The notes beneath the pieces are model-generated. The model saw only the letters and a list, made by a program, of their open reading frames with translations. It ran no database searches and was not told the origin of the DNA. 56,499 nucleotides of DNA from Acidimicrobiales bacterium (GTDB lineage Bacteria > Actinomycetota > Acidimicrobiia > Acidimicrobiales > Bog-793), in NCBI GenBank assembly GCA_049696635.1, contig JBAVUF010000341.1:1-56499 (forward strand), given 5' to 3'. The position numbers and the translations under genes are program-made. Position 1 is the stretch's first letter. Each line of letters starts with the position of its first letter. Positions 8,874 to 17,339 of this stretch are shown in pieces.

Positions 8874-10364
8874 ATGGCGAAAGCTGGAACGACCGAGGAG
8901 TTCGACGTCGTCGTCGTCGGCGGAGCGAGCGCCGCCTTCTCGGCGGCGATAAGCGCCCGCCAGCACGGGGCCGAAAAGGTGCTGATGCTCGAAAAGGCGG
9001 CGGAGCCCGAGATGGGTGGCAACGCCCGCTACTCGCACACCGGTTTTCGCTTCGTCCAGTCGGGCAAGGACGAGATCTTGGAGTTCTTCGACGTCACCGA
9101 AGACGAGCGCGACCACATGGAGATCCCCGCCTACAGCGAAGAGGACTTCATGGGCGATCTCTTGCGCGTCACCCGCGGTCGCATCAACGAGGAGCTGGCG
9201 AAGATCCTCGTCGGCGAGTCGAACGCCGCCGTGCACTGGATGAAAGACACCGGTATCAAGTGGGAGGCGACGCATTTCACGGTCATCGACGGCGTGAAGT
9301 ACTTCGGCATGGGTCATGTTCTCAATCCGCTCGGAGGAGGGATCGGGCAGGTCCGCCAGTGGCGCGAGATCGCCGACCGCATGGGGGGCGTCGACTTCCG
9401 CTGGGAGTCGTCGGTCGTCGGTCTCGTCGGAACCGACCGTCGCATTCGCGGCGTCACGGTCTCGAGCCCGGACGGCTCCTATGCCGTCGGGGCTAAGTCG
9501 GTGATCCTGTGTGCGGGCGGATTCCAGGCGAACGCGGCGATGCGCGCCCAGTACCTCCCCCAAGGCGGCGACCTGTTCAAGGTGCGCGGCAGCTACCACA
9601 ACACCGGCGAGGTGCTGCGCGCCGCGCTGGAACTCGGTGCGCGACCGGCAGGTCACTGGGCGGGCGCGCACGCCTCGCCGATCGGCGGCGACGCCCCCGA
9701 GGTCGGCGTGACGAACGACTACATCCGATACAGCTATCGCTACGGCATCACCGTCAACACCCTCGGCCTGCGCTTTTTCGACGAGGGCGAGGCGAACCCG
9801 GCGTTCACCTACGCGAAGACCGGATGGGCGGTGCAGAACCAGCCCGGCAGCGTCGCCTACCAGATCTTCGACCAGAAGGCGATTCCCCTCCTCGACCGTC
9901 AGTACGCGAACCAGACGCCCGCCGAGGCCCCGACGGTCGCCGAGCTCGCGGCGGCGATCAAGGTGCCCGAGCCGGTGCTGCGACGCACCATCGACGAGTA
10001 CAACGCGGCGATCAAAGACCACGTCGCGTTCGACCCGAAGCATTCGCGCGGCGACGGGAGGAGCACGTACGGCCTCGAGCCGCCGAAGTCGAACTGGGCC
10101 GTAGCGATCGACGAGCCGCCGTTCCGCGCCTACGAGGTGACGGGCGGGATCACCTTCACCTTCGGTGGCCTCGAGATCGACACCTCGGCGCGGGTGCTGA
10201 ACACGCGCCGCCAGCCGATCGAGGGTCTCTTCGCATCGGGGGACATCGTCGGCCTCTTCTTCCACAACTACCCCGCCTGCTCGGGCCAGACGCGCAACGC
10301 CGTCTTCGGCCGGATCGCCGGCGAAGGCGCGGCGAGCGGAAAGCCGGCCCGGGCGGGAAGTTGA
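8874..10364 (+). CDS. FAD-dependent dehydrogenase, TcuA (tricarballylate dehydrogenase)/fumarate-reductase flavoprotein-like
   Basis: EEFDVVVVGGASAAFSAAISA is a dinucleotide-binding fold. GGNARYSHTGFRF and the C-terminal GLFASGDIVGLFFHNYP resemble TcuA-type flavoproteins. No TcuB partner is present. Confidence 0.7.
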   Translation: MAKAGTTEEFDVVVVGGASAAFSAAISARQHGAEKVLMLEKAAEPEMGGNARYSHTGFRFVQSGKDEILEFFDVTEDERDHMEIPAYSEEDFMGDLLRVTRGRINEELAKILVGESNAAVHWMKDTGIKWEATHFTVIDGVKYFGMGHVLNPLGGGIGQVRQWREIADRMGGVDFRWESSVVGLVGTDRRIRGVTVSSPDGSYAVGAKSVILCAGGFQANAAMRAQYLPQGGDLFKVRGSYHNTGEVLRAALELGARPAGHWAGAHASPIGGDAPEVGVTNDYIRYSYRYGITVNTLGLRFFDEGEANPAFTYAKTGWAVQNQPGSVAYQIFDQKAIPLLDRQYANQTPAEAPTVAELAAAIKVPEPVLRRTIDEYNAAIKDHVAFDPKHSRGDGRSTYGLEPPKSNWAVAIDEPPFRAYEVTGGITFTFGGLEIDTSARVLNTRRQPIEGLFASGDIVGLFFHNYPACSGQTRNAVFGRIAGEGAASGKPARAGS

Positions 10365-10407
10365 ACATCGTGTCGCACGGCACCTGCACCGGCCCACCGG
10401 ACGATTG

Positions 10408-11772
10408 ATGGCGCCGTACGCGTCCGAGCGCGGCAACTTCGAGCTCGCCCTCGTCGGCGACGTGATGCCGTCGCGCCGGCTGACGGTGTTCGAGGAAGCC
10501 GAGTTCCTCGCGCTGCGCGACGTCCTTCGCGCCGCGGACGCGCGCTTCGCGAATCTGGAGACCGTCGTCTGCCGGTACGGCGAGGGCACGCCTGGTCTGC
10601 GCACCGGCACCTACATGCTCACCGAACCAGAGCTCCTCGACGATCTGCAGTGGCTCGGTTTCGACATTGTGAGCTGCGCGAACAGCCACTCGTTGAATTT
10701 CGGCGAGGACGGGCTGCTCGCCGAGATCCGTTATCTCGACGAAAGGCGCATCACGCACGCCGGCACAGGCGCCAACCTGCGCGAAGCGTCGCGCCCCGCT
10801 TATCGCGACACCCGCCAAGGACGCGTCGCGCTCACCTCGTGCACCGCGCACTTTCCCGAGAACCGCGCGCTCGACCAGCGCGCCGACTTTCGGGGAAAGC
10901 CCGGCGTCAACCCGCTCGGGTGGGAGACAACTTACGTCGTCGATCCCGAGGGCTTCGACGCGCTCGAGCGAATCTCGCTTTCGCTCGGATTGGACCGTGA
11001 GCGGGCGCGGATGGCCGAACTCGGCTTCCACACCTCGCGCGAGCTCGGCGCCGAGGGTCCTTCGACGATCAGCCTCGGCGCGAACAATTACGAACGCGGC
11101 GACCGCTTCGACATCCGGACCCGCTGCAACCCGGCCGACCTCGAAGAAAACCTCCGGCAGATCGCCGAGGCGAGGCGTCAGGCGGACTGGGTGATCGCCA
11201 CGTTGCACGCGCAGGACTCGGTGGGGCGCGCCTGGTTGACCGCAAAGCCAGGTGAGCACATCGACGTGCATCCCGACTTCGTCACCGAGTTCGCGCACGC
11301 GGTCATCGATGCCGGAGCCGACGTGGCGATGATCCACGGGCCGCACACGCTGATGGGGATCGAGATCTACCGCGAGAAGCCTGTCATCCACAGCCTCGGC
11401 AACTTCATCCTCGAAAACGAGACCTTGCGCCACATCCCCTCGTACGCGTACGACCGCATGGAGCTTCCCGCCACGAGCACGCCGTCGGATTTCTTCGATC
11501 GCCGTTCGGGAAACGGGACGAAAGGGATGGGCGCCTCGCCCCGTTACTGGGAAGCTGCGATCGCCAGCTGCCACTTCACCGATCGCCGGCTCGCCGGCAT
11601 CACCCTTCATCCCGTCGAACTCGGCTTTGGGCGCTCGCGCCCAGAGCGCGGACGGCCGATGCTCGCGACCGGCGAGCAGGCGGCCGCGATCGTCGAGCGG
11701 ATCAGCCAGCTGTCGGCCCCCTTTGGGACAAAGATCGAGCTCGTCGAGAGCCGCGGGGAGATCCGGCTTTGA
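10408..11772 (+). CDS. CapA/PGA_cap-family metallophosphoesterase-fold protein, no signal peptide or TM anchor
   Basis: FELALVGDVMPSRRL...FANLETV...GFDIVSCANSHSLNFGEDGL...ITHAGTGANLREA match the CapA family blocks. The N-terminus is hydrophilic. Confidence 0.7.
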   Translation: MAPYASERGNFELALVGDVMPSRRLTVFEEAEFLALRDVLRAADARFANLETVVCRYGEGTPGLRTGTYMLTEPELLDDLQWLGFDIVSCANSHSLNFGEDGLLAEIRYLDERRITHAGTGANLREASRPAYRDTRQGRVALTSCTAHFPENRALDQRADFRGKPGVNPLGWETTYVVDPEGFDALERISLSLGLDRERARMAELGFHTSRELGAEGPSTISLGANNYERGDRFDIRTRCNPADLEENLRQIAEARRQADWVIATLHAQDSVGRAWLTAKPGEHIDVHPDFVTEFAHAVIDAGADVAMIHGPHTLMGIEIYREKPVIHSLGNFILENETLRHIPSYAYDRMELPATSTPSDFFDRRSGNGTKGMGASPRYWEAAIASCHFTDRRLAGITLHPVELGFGRSRPERGRPMLATGEQAAAIVERISQLSAPFGTKIELVESRGEIRL

Positions 11773-11791
11773 GCGGCTCGCCGAGCGAGCG

Positions 11792-11814
11792 AATTGGTAT
11801 GTTACATTTCAGTT
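11792..11814. promoter_or_regulatory. AT-rich imperfect palindrome AATTGGTATGTTACATTTCAGTT, core ATGTTACAT (putative operator)
   Basis: Read directly. 8 of 11 symmetric pairs match, and the 9-bp core is perfect. It sits in the short gap between the CapA-like and isochorismatase-like genes. The core is nearly identical to the site at 17255-17267. Confidence 0.45.
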
Positions 11815-11847
11815 CAGGAGCAGGGTCTCCAGAGATTGGAGCGGCGG

Positions 11848-12561
11848 GTGACGAAGCGAATCTGGGACGACCTCATCACCGACCAGGATCGTGAGGTTTA
11901 CGGCAGCGGGGTCTTCGGCGGCGGCGTCGGCGTCGGCAAGCGCCCCGCGGTGCTCGTCATCGACGTCTTGAACAAGAGCATCGGCGACGAGCCGCTGCCG
12001 ATCCTCGAGGCGATGAAGCGCTTCGGCAAACCCTGTTGCGGCGAGTATGGCTGGGCGACGATCCCGAAGATCCAGGCGGTCCTCAAGGCCGCGCACGACG
12101 CCGGGTTGCCCGTCTTCTACACCACCCCGCAAGACCCAGAGGAGCGGCCGCCCGATACCTTCCGCCGCTTCGACGAAAAGATGCCGAACTGGTACGACTA
12201 CGCGGGGAATCGCGCCGGATACGCCTTCGCCGACGAGATCGCGCCGATCCCTTCCGATCAGATCTTCCACAAGCCGACGGCGAGCTCGTTCTATTTCACC
12301 GACTTCGAGGATCAGCTCCACAAAATGGACGTCGACACGCTCATCGTCACGGGTTGCTCGACGAGCGGTTGCGTGCGTGCCTCGGTCGTCGACGCGCATG
12401 CCCGCGGCTTCAAGGTGAACGTCGTCGAGGACGCAGTGTTCGATCGTGGCCAGGCGACGCACGCGATGAATCTCTTCGACATGCACGCGAAGTACGCCGA
12501 CGTCATCGACGCCGACGAGGCCGTCCGCCGGATCGGAGCGGTGGCCGCCGCGTCGTCATGA
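11848..12561 (+). CDS. Isochorismatase-family cysteine hydrolase (N-carbamoylsarcosine amidase / maleamate amidase-like)
   Basis: YGSGVFGGGVGVGKRPAVLVIDV and LIVTGCSTSGCVRAS (catalytic Cys block) are present. GTG 11848 is preceded by GGAG at a 6-nt spacing. Track start TTG 11794 would put the palindrome inside the CDS. Confidence 0.75.
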   Translation: MTKRIWDDLITDQDREVYGSGVFGGGVGVGKRPAVLVIDVLNKSIGDEPLPILEAMKRFGKPCCGEYGWATIPKIQAVLKAAHDAGLPVFYTTPQDPEERPPDTFRRFDEKMPNWYDYAGNRAGYAFADEIAPIPSDQIFHKPTASSFYFTDFEDQLHKMDVDTLIVTGCSTSGCVRASVVDAHARGFKVNVVEDAVFDRGQATHAMNLFDMHAKYADVIDADEAVRRIGAVAAASS

Positions 12562-13358
12562 CATCTTCGGGTGACACCGAGCCACGCGCCGTCGAGCCGA
12601 CAACGTGCCGGCGCTACGTCGGCCGCAACGTCATCGTCACCGGCGCGGGTGCCGGCATCGGCAAGGCGACCGCGGAGCGTATCCTCGCCGAGGGCGGAAC
12701 GGTCTTCATCACCGACCGGAACAAAAAAGCTCTCGACGGCGCCGTCGAAGAACTCTCCGATCTCGGCAGAGTCCATTCCTCGGTGAAGGACGTCTCCTCA
12801 GAAGACGACTGGGAACGCTGCATCGCAGAAGCGCGTGAGGCGTTCTCGACTCTCGATCTGCTCGTCAACAACGCCGGGTTCAGTCACGTCGGAAAGGTCA
12901 CCGAGTACCCGGCGGAGGATTGGAAGCTGCTGCACGACACACAGCTGTTCGGAACGTTCCTCGGCATCAAGCACGCAATCCCCTTTTTGCGCGAAGGGGG
13001 CGGCGGCGCGATCGTCAACGTCGCCTCGACCATGGGGCTGATGGGCTTTCCGAGTATTCCCGCCTATTCGGCGGCGAAGGGTGGCGTCATCGCCCTCACG
13101 AGGCAGGTCGGGCTCGATTTCGCGCCCGACCGCATCCGGGTGAACTGCGTCTGCCCCGGGCCGACACGAACCGAGCGGTTGCGCGGCATCGTCGATTCGG
13201 GCGACGTCGACGAGAACTACCTGATCGGCAACGTCCCGCTCGGCCGCTGGGCGCACCCGAGTGAGGTCGCGGCGGTGATCGCGTTCCTCGGCAGCGACGA
13301 CGCGTCGTTCGTGACCGGGGCGGCTCTTCCGGTCGACGGGGGGCAGACGTCACACTGA
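12558..13358 (+). CDS. Short-chain dehydrogenase/reductase (SDR)
   Basis: TGAGAGIG cofactor motif, NNAG and YSAAK catalytic motif are present, with the C-terminal PVDGGQT. ATG 12558 overlaps the upstream TGA (ATGA). Confidence 0.85.
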   Translation: MTSSGDTEPRAVEPTTCRRYVGRNVIVTGAGAGIGKATAERILAEGGTVFITDRNKKALDGAVEELSDLGRVHSSVKDVSSEDDWERCIAEAREAFSTLDLLVNNAGFSHVGKVTEYPAEDWKLLHDTQLFGTFLGIKHAIPFLREGGGGAIVNVASTMGLMGFPSIPAYSAAKGGVIALTRQVGLDFAPDRIRVNCVCPGPTRTERLRGIVDSGDVDENYLIGNVPLGRWAHPSEVAAVIAFLGSDDASFVTGAALPVDGGQTSH

Positions 13359-14185
13359 TCCGCTTCGGACACGTCGCCAATCCCTTCTCCGCGCCTCTCA
13401 CGCGCGCGATCGACGAGGGGCACTTCACCGCGGCCGGAGTCGATTTGGCCGTGACCATGTTCCGAAACGGTTCGGAAGTCGCGGACTTGATTGACCGTGG
13501 CGAGCTCGATGCCGGCCTCGGCGGTCATCTGCAGACGCTCGCCGCCGCGCTCGCCTGGTCGGATCAGTCGTTCTTCGCCGCGGTCGGATTCGAAGAGGCG
13601 CCCGACCATCTCCCCGTCGCGATGGTCGTCGGCGCCCGCGCATCGACGGGAATCGCGAGGGGCGCGACGGTCGCGATGAGTACACGCGCCGCAATCAGCG
13701 ACTTGCAGCTGCGCATCTTCGCCGCCGCGAAAGGGATCGACTATTCATCGCTCAGGATCGTGACGATGCCCTTCGCGGAGATGCATGCGGCGCTCGCGAA
13801 CGGAGAGGTCGACGCGGCGTCGGTGCCCGACCCGTTCGCCACCCAGATCGAGCGCTCGGGCGAAGGGACGATCGTCGACCGTGGCACGCTCAGCAAGAGG
13901 ATGCCCGCCGGCGACCGCGTGATGATCACCGGGCTCGTCTCAAAGAAGCGATGGATCGAGGATCATCGCGATCTCGCCGCTCGAATCGCCGAAGTCGTCG
14001 GCCAGGTCATCACCGATCGTCCTTCGGTGGCCGGAGCCGGCGAGAGCGTCGACGCACGGGTCCACAAGCCGACCTTCGACGTTCGCCTGCGCCGCGACGA
14101 CCTGCAGCTCGCCTTTGACCTCGCGGCCGACTTCGGCGTCGTTCCCGGCCACCTGGACGCGGAGAACCTGATCGCGATCCCCTGA
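13355..14185 (+). CDS. Cytosolic NMT1/SsuA-like (periplasmic-binding-protein fold) protein with apparent non-canonical start
   Basis: The in-frame translation from 13355 reads L-IRFGHVANPFSAPLTRAIDEGHFTAAGVDLAVTMFRNGSEVADLIDRGELDAGLGG, the conserved N-terminal strand-helix-strand of this family. No ATG/GTG/TTG exists in frame before TTG 13445. CTG 13355-57 overlaps the SDR stop TGA 13356-58. There is no signal peptide. Confidence 0.55.
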   Translation: MIRFGHVANPFSAPLTRAIDEGHFTAAGVDLAVTMFRNGSEVADLIDRGELDAGLGGHLQTLAAALAWSDQSFFAAVGFEEAPDHLPVAMVVGARASTGIARGATVAMSTRAAISDLQLRIFAAAKGIDYSSLRIVTMPFAEMHAALANGEVDAASVPDPFATQIERSGEGTIVDRGTLSKRMPAGDRVMITGLVSKKRWIEDHRDLAARIAEVVGQVITDRPSVAGAGESVDARVHKPTFDVRLRRDDLQLAFDLAADFGVVPGHLDAENLIAIP

Positions 14186-14227
14186 AGCCCTACTCCCCCA
14201 TCAAACCGCGAGCAAACCGCCTGCGAC

Positions 14228-14257
14228 GTAGCGCCGCTCCGGTCGGACCAGCGCTAC
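14228..14257. terminator. Inverted repeat GTAGCGC-N16-GCGCTAC between convergent genes (possible bidirectional terminator)
   Basis: Read directly. The 7-bp arms sit at 14228-14234 and 14251-14257, and the right arm overlaps the hydantoinase stop codon. There is no clear U-tract. Confidence 0.3.
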
Positions 14258-15663
14258 ACCCGGGCTAAAGCCCGCGACTCGGCGAAGAGGTCGATGGCGC
14301 TCGACGGCGGACGGCGCAGGTACTCGCCGAAGCCTTCGGTGCCGACGATCTCACCGTCTTTCATCACCGTCTCTCCGCGCACGAGCGTCTGCACGGACCA
14401 CCCCTTCAGTCGTTCACCCTCCCACGGCGAGAAGTCCGCCCGCGACTGCAGGTAGCCCGCGTCGACGACCATCTCTTTTTCGAGATCGACGATCGCGAGA
14501 TCGGCATCGCTTCCAACCTCGATCGTCCCCTTGCGGGGATAGAGGTTAAAGATGCGCGCCGTGTTGTAGGAAGAGATCTCCGCGATCCGCTGCAGGCTGA
14601 CGCCACGTCGGTGGTAACCCTCGGTGAGGAGTATCGAGAGCATCGTTCCGACACCAGGGAAGGCGGAGCCTGCCTTCCACACACCGCCCTCCTTGTCGGC
14701 ACGAAAGCGCGCCGAGTGGTCGCAGCCGACGGTGTCGACGAGGCCCGCCTTCACCGCGTCCCACATTGCCTCGACGTCCTTCGCCTTGCGCACGGGTGGG
14801 TTGACCTTCGCCAGCAACCCGCAGGGTGAGTCGATCGTGAGCGAGAGGTAGTGCGGTGTCGTCTCGATGAATACGGGTGACCCGCTGCTGCGGACGCTGG
14901 CGAACTCTCGCGCGGACTCCTCGCAGCTCATGTGTACGAAGTACACGGGACAATCGGTCGAGCGCGACATGAACGCCGCGGTCATCATCGCCGTGGCCTC
15001 CGCGACAGGCGGGCGCGCCGCGTAATGCGCCGCGAGGCCCTCGAGACCTTGTTTCTTCACTTCCTCCTCGGCCCGCCAGATCATCTCGATGTTCTCGGTG
15101 TGGACGTTGACGATCGCGCCCGGGATCCCGGCGATCGTCTCTAACAATTCGTAAAAGAGCCCCTCGTCGGTCGTGCCGACGCCGCGGGCCGTGCCCTCGT
15201 TGCCCTTGTAGCTCATGAAGAGCTTGAACGACGAAACGCCGAGATCGTTGATGTAGTGAGGAATCTTCGCGATGTGCTGAGACGAGAAGATCCCGAGGTG
15301 GATGCCCATGTCGACGTACGCGAGACGGTCGATGTGATCGAGGAACTCGTCGTAATCGGCCCTGTAGGAGTCGGGCTTCAAGATGTAGTTGAGAATCGAG
15401 GTCACACCGCCGATCGCCGCGGAGCGGGTCTCGCTGCGTACGTCGGTGAGCGGCTGACCGACGAAGCCGATGTGCATGTGCGGATCGATGAGGCCAGGGA
15501 AGATGAAGCGGCCCTTGGCATCGATTTCCGAGCTCGCACTGACCGACTCGTCGGGCTCCAAGAGAGCGGCGATCTTTCCCTCGTGGATGGCGAGGTTCAC
15601 CTTGCGTAAACCCTGAGCCGGAATGACGGCCGTGCCGTTCCTGATCACCGTGTCGAAACTCAT
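14254..15663 (-). CDS. Cyclic amidohydrolase (D-hydantoinase/dihydropyrimidinase family)
   Basis: PGLIDPHMH metal-binding motif and FKLFMSYKG (carboxylated-Lys block) are present, together with NVHTEN and GCDHS, in a 469-aa protein. Confidence 0.85.
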   Translation of the reverse strand: MSFDTVIRNGTAVIPAQGLRKVNLAIHEGKIAALLEPDESVSASSEIDAKGRFIFPGLIDPHMHIGFVGQPLTDVRSETRSAAIGGVTSILNYILKPDSYRADYDEFLDHIDRLAYVDMGIHLGIFSSQHIAKIPHYINDLGVSSFKLFMSYKGNEGTARGVGTTDEGLFYELLETIAGIPGAIVNVHTENIEMIWRAEEEVKKQGLEGLAAHYAARPPVAEATAMMTAAFMSRSTDCPVYFVHMSCEESAREFASVRSSGSPVFIETTPHYLSLTIDSPCGLLAKVNPPVRKAKDVEAMWDAVKAGLVDTVGCDHSARFRADKEGGVWKAGSAFPGVGTMLSILLTEGYHRRGVSLQRIAEISSYNTARIFNLYPRKGTIEVGSDADLAIVDLEKEMVVDAGYLQSRADFSPWEGERLKGWSVQTLVRGETVMKDGEIVGTEGFGEYLRRPPSSAIDLFAESRALARV

Positions 15664-15744
15664 CGCGCTCGTTCGCCTTTCTTGTTCAGGTCGTCAACGA
15701 CTTCAGCCGAGCGGATCCGCCCGGCGGTACTACGTGTCCGAAAC

Positions 15745-16794
15745 TCAGTAGCCGTATTTCGCGGCGACTTGTTCCGCCCTTTCGAGATCGCCGCTCAGCT
15801 CTGGCCGCGTCGAGAGCTCGGCGAACGCGTCTTTAGCCATCTCGAGCTGGGAGATCTTCGCTGGATCGATGAAGGAATCGATCGCCCCGATGGCGACCGC
15901 CTCCTTCAGGTACTGCTCGAGCCCGGTCGGCAGCCCGTCGATCGGAAACGGCATCATCTCGGCCTGAACCGACGATCCGAACTGCGCCATGCGGGCGCGC
16001 TCGTCGGGATCCGGACTGTGGCGACGAAGGCGTGCTTCGATCGCTGCGGTCAGCTCGATGTTCTCGGGCTGTTTGCGGATGAACCAGTACGCCCGGATCA
16101 TCCCTTTGATGAAGGCCTTCAGATCATCGCCTCGCTCATCGATCGCCTTTTCGGTCGCGGCGATCACCCGATCGGGACGACCGTCGGGGTAGTGGGCGGC
16201 GACCACGAAGATCTGCTCGTACCCGTCGTCGAGCAGTCCGGGAAGGTCGAGGCCGTCGGCGAACACCGCGTCGACACGCCCCTCTCTCAGCGCGAACGGT
16301 CCGCGTCGAGTGTCGATCCCGGTCACCCATTCGATGTCTTTCTTCGGATCGATGCCCTCTTGCACCAGCCAGTAGGTGAGCATCGTGACCAAGATGTCAT
16401 CGGGGTCGATGATGCCGACTTTCTTTCCGACGAGATCCCTCAAGTTCGACAGACCAGCGCGCCCGACGACGAAAAAGGCCATCTGATTGCGCCAGCCGGC
16501 GATGATCCGCAGCCCTTTGCCCTGTTGCTGCAAGAAGGCGACGGTCGACGGCTTCACGTCCATCGTCACGTCGATGCCGCGCTCTTTCATCGTCTGCCAG
16601 AGCGTTTGCTTTTCGAACATGAACGGCGCGTGGCTGTCCGGGACGATCTCGTAGGCCTCGAGGCCGTCCTCGTCACGCAGCCCCTCGTCGTAGAAGTAGT
16701 TGAGGTCGTCGGCGATCGTCGGCGGGACGAGGTGCAGGACGTGATAGCAGGAGGGTCCGATGCGAAGCGGCCTGCGGCCACGGCCGGGAGTCAC
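15745..16794 (-). CDS. Cytosolic NMT1/SsuA-like (binding-protein fold) protein
   Basis: GTG 16794 overlaps the cupin stop (GTGA). The N-terminus is VTPGRGRRPLRIGPSCYHVLHLVPPTIADDLNYFYDEGL, followed by RIIAGWRN and GKKVGIID blocks typical of the family. There is no hydrophobic signal segment. The longer track ORF (to 17118) overlaps the cupin gene. Confidence 0.65.
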   Translation of the reverse strand: MTPGRGRRPLRIGPSCYHVLHLVPPTIADDLNYFYDEGLRDEDGLEAYEIVPDSHAPFMFEKQTLWQTMKERGIDVTMDVKPSTVAFLQQQGKGLRIIAGWRNQMAFFVVGRAGLSNLRDLVGKKVGIIDPDDILVTMLTYWLVQEGIDPKKDIEWVTGIDTRRGPFALREGRVDAVFADGLDLPGLLDDGYEQIFVVAAHYPDGRPDRVIAATEKAIDERGDDLKAFIKGMIRAYWFIRKQPENIELTAAIEARLRRHSPDPDERARMAQFGSSVQAEMMPFPIDGLPTGLEQYLKEAVAIGAIDSFIDPAKISQLEMAKDAFAELSTRPELSGDLERAEQVAAKYGY

Positions 16795-17201
16795 GCCCCG
16801 CCCTGGACCTTTTTGATGTTCGTGCTGAACGCCTCGATCGTGTCGGCCGCCTCCTTCGCCGGGTTGAACTCGATGTTCTCGAAGTCCTCGATCGCGTAGA
16901 GCTTGTGGCCGGGCGGGGCGTAGTAGAGGTCGCCGCCGTTGATCGTGACCTCGCGGCCGTCCGCCATCCGCAACAGCGCTTTTCCCTTCACGAGGTAGCC
17001 CCAGTGTGGACACTGGCAGAGGTCTTCGGGTAACCCTTCCCAAGCTGCCTCGCCGCCCGGCGGAAACCCCCCGGGTACTCGCTCGAAGGCGAGCGCGTAC
17101 CCCTCCCATTGCGCCCATTGCGCCTGGTAGGCGCCCATGCTGACGACGGGAAGGTCATCCTTGGCGATCGTCAAGCCGTCCGGCGAAAAGAGTTCGGCCA
17201 T
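16791..17201 (-). CDS. Cupin-domain protein
   Basis: CPHWGYLVKGKALLRMADGREVTINGGDLYYAPPGH has a cupin_2-like beta-barrel pattern. ATG 17201 is preceded by GAGGAG at a 9-nt spacing. Confidence 0.65.
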   Translation of the reverse strand: MAELFSPDGLTIAKDDLPVVSMGAYQAQWAQWEGYALAFERVPGGFPPGGEAAWEGLPEDLCQCPHWGYLVKGKALLRMADGREVTINGGDLYYAPPGHKLYAIEDFENIEFNPAKEAADTIEAFSTNIKKVQGGA

Positions 17202-17254
17202 TTCCAATGACTCCTCTACTGTTCTGGGCGACCAGGGCTACTGGTGTCGGGTTC

Positions 17255-17267
17255 GTATGTAACATAC
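17255..17267. promoter_or_regulatory. Perfect 13-bp AT-rich palindrome GTATGTAACATAC in divergent intergenic region (putative operator)
   Basis: Read directly. It lies in the 138-nt gap between the cupin (minus) and aldehyde dehydrogenase (plus) genes. Confidence 0.5.
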
Positions 17268-17339
17268 TAGGGCCGGTTCGGACAAGAAAATCCAGGCCAC
17301 GGGCGGCTGCCCGGCGCCGATGCCCTGTCAGGGAGAGCT

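Noticed and set aside
8775-11610. Very long antisense ORFs (8775-10610 minus, 611 aa; 10156-11610 minus, 484 aa). Similar cases are 15682-16899 plus, 1391-2287 minus, 5779-6717 minus and 43321-44364 minus.
   Set aside because: They lie opposite genes with clear family signatures and are Arg/Gly/Ala/Pro-rich low-complexity translations with no recognisable motifs. This is the usual open-frame artefact of high-GC DNA.
16700-16794. RGRRPL near the N-terminus of the NMT1-like protein as a twin-arginine (Tat) signal.
   Set aside because: No hydrophobic h-region or AxA cleavage site follows. The sequence runs straight into the conserved first beta-strand (LRIGPS...HLVPP) of the mature fold.
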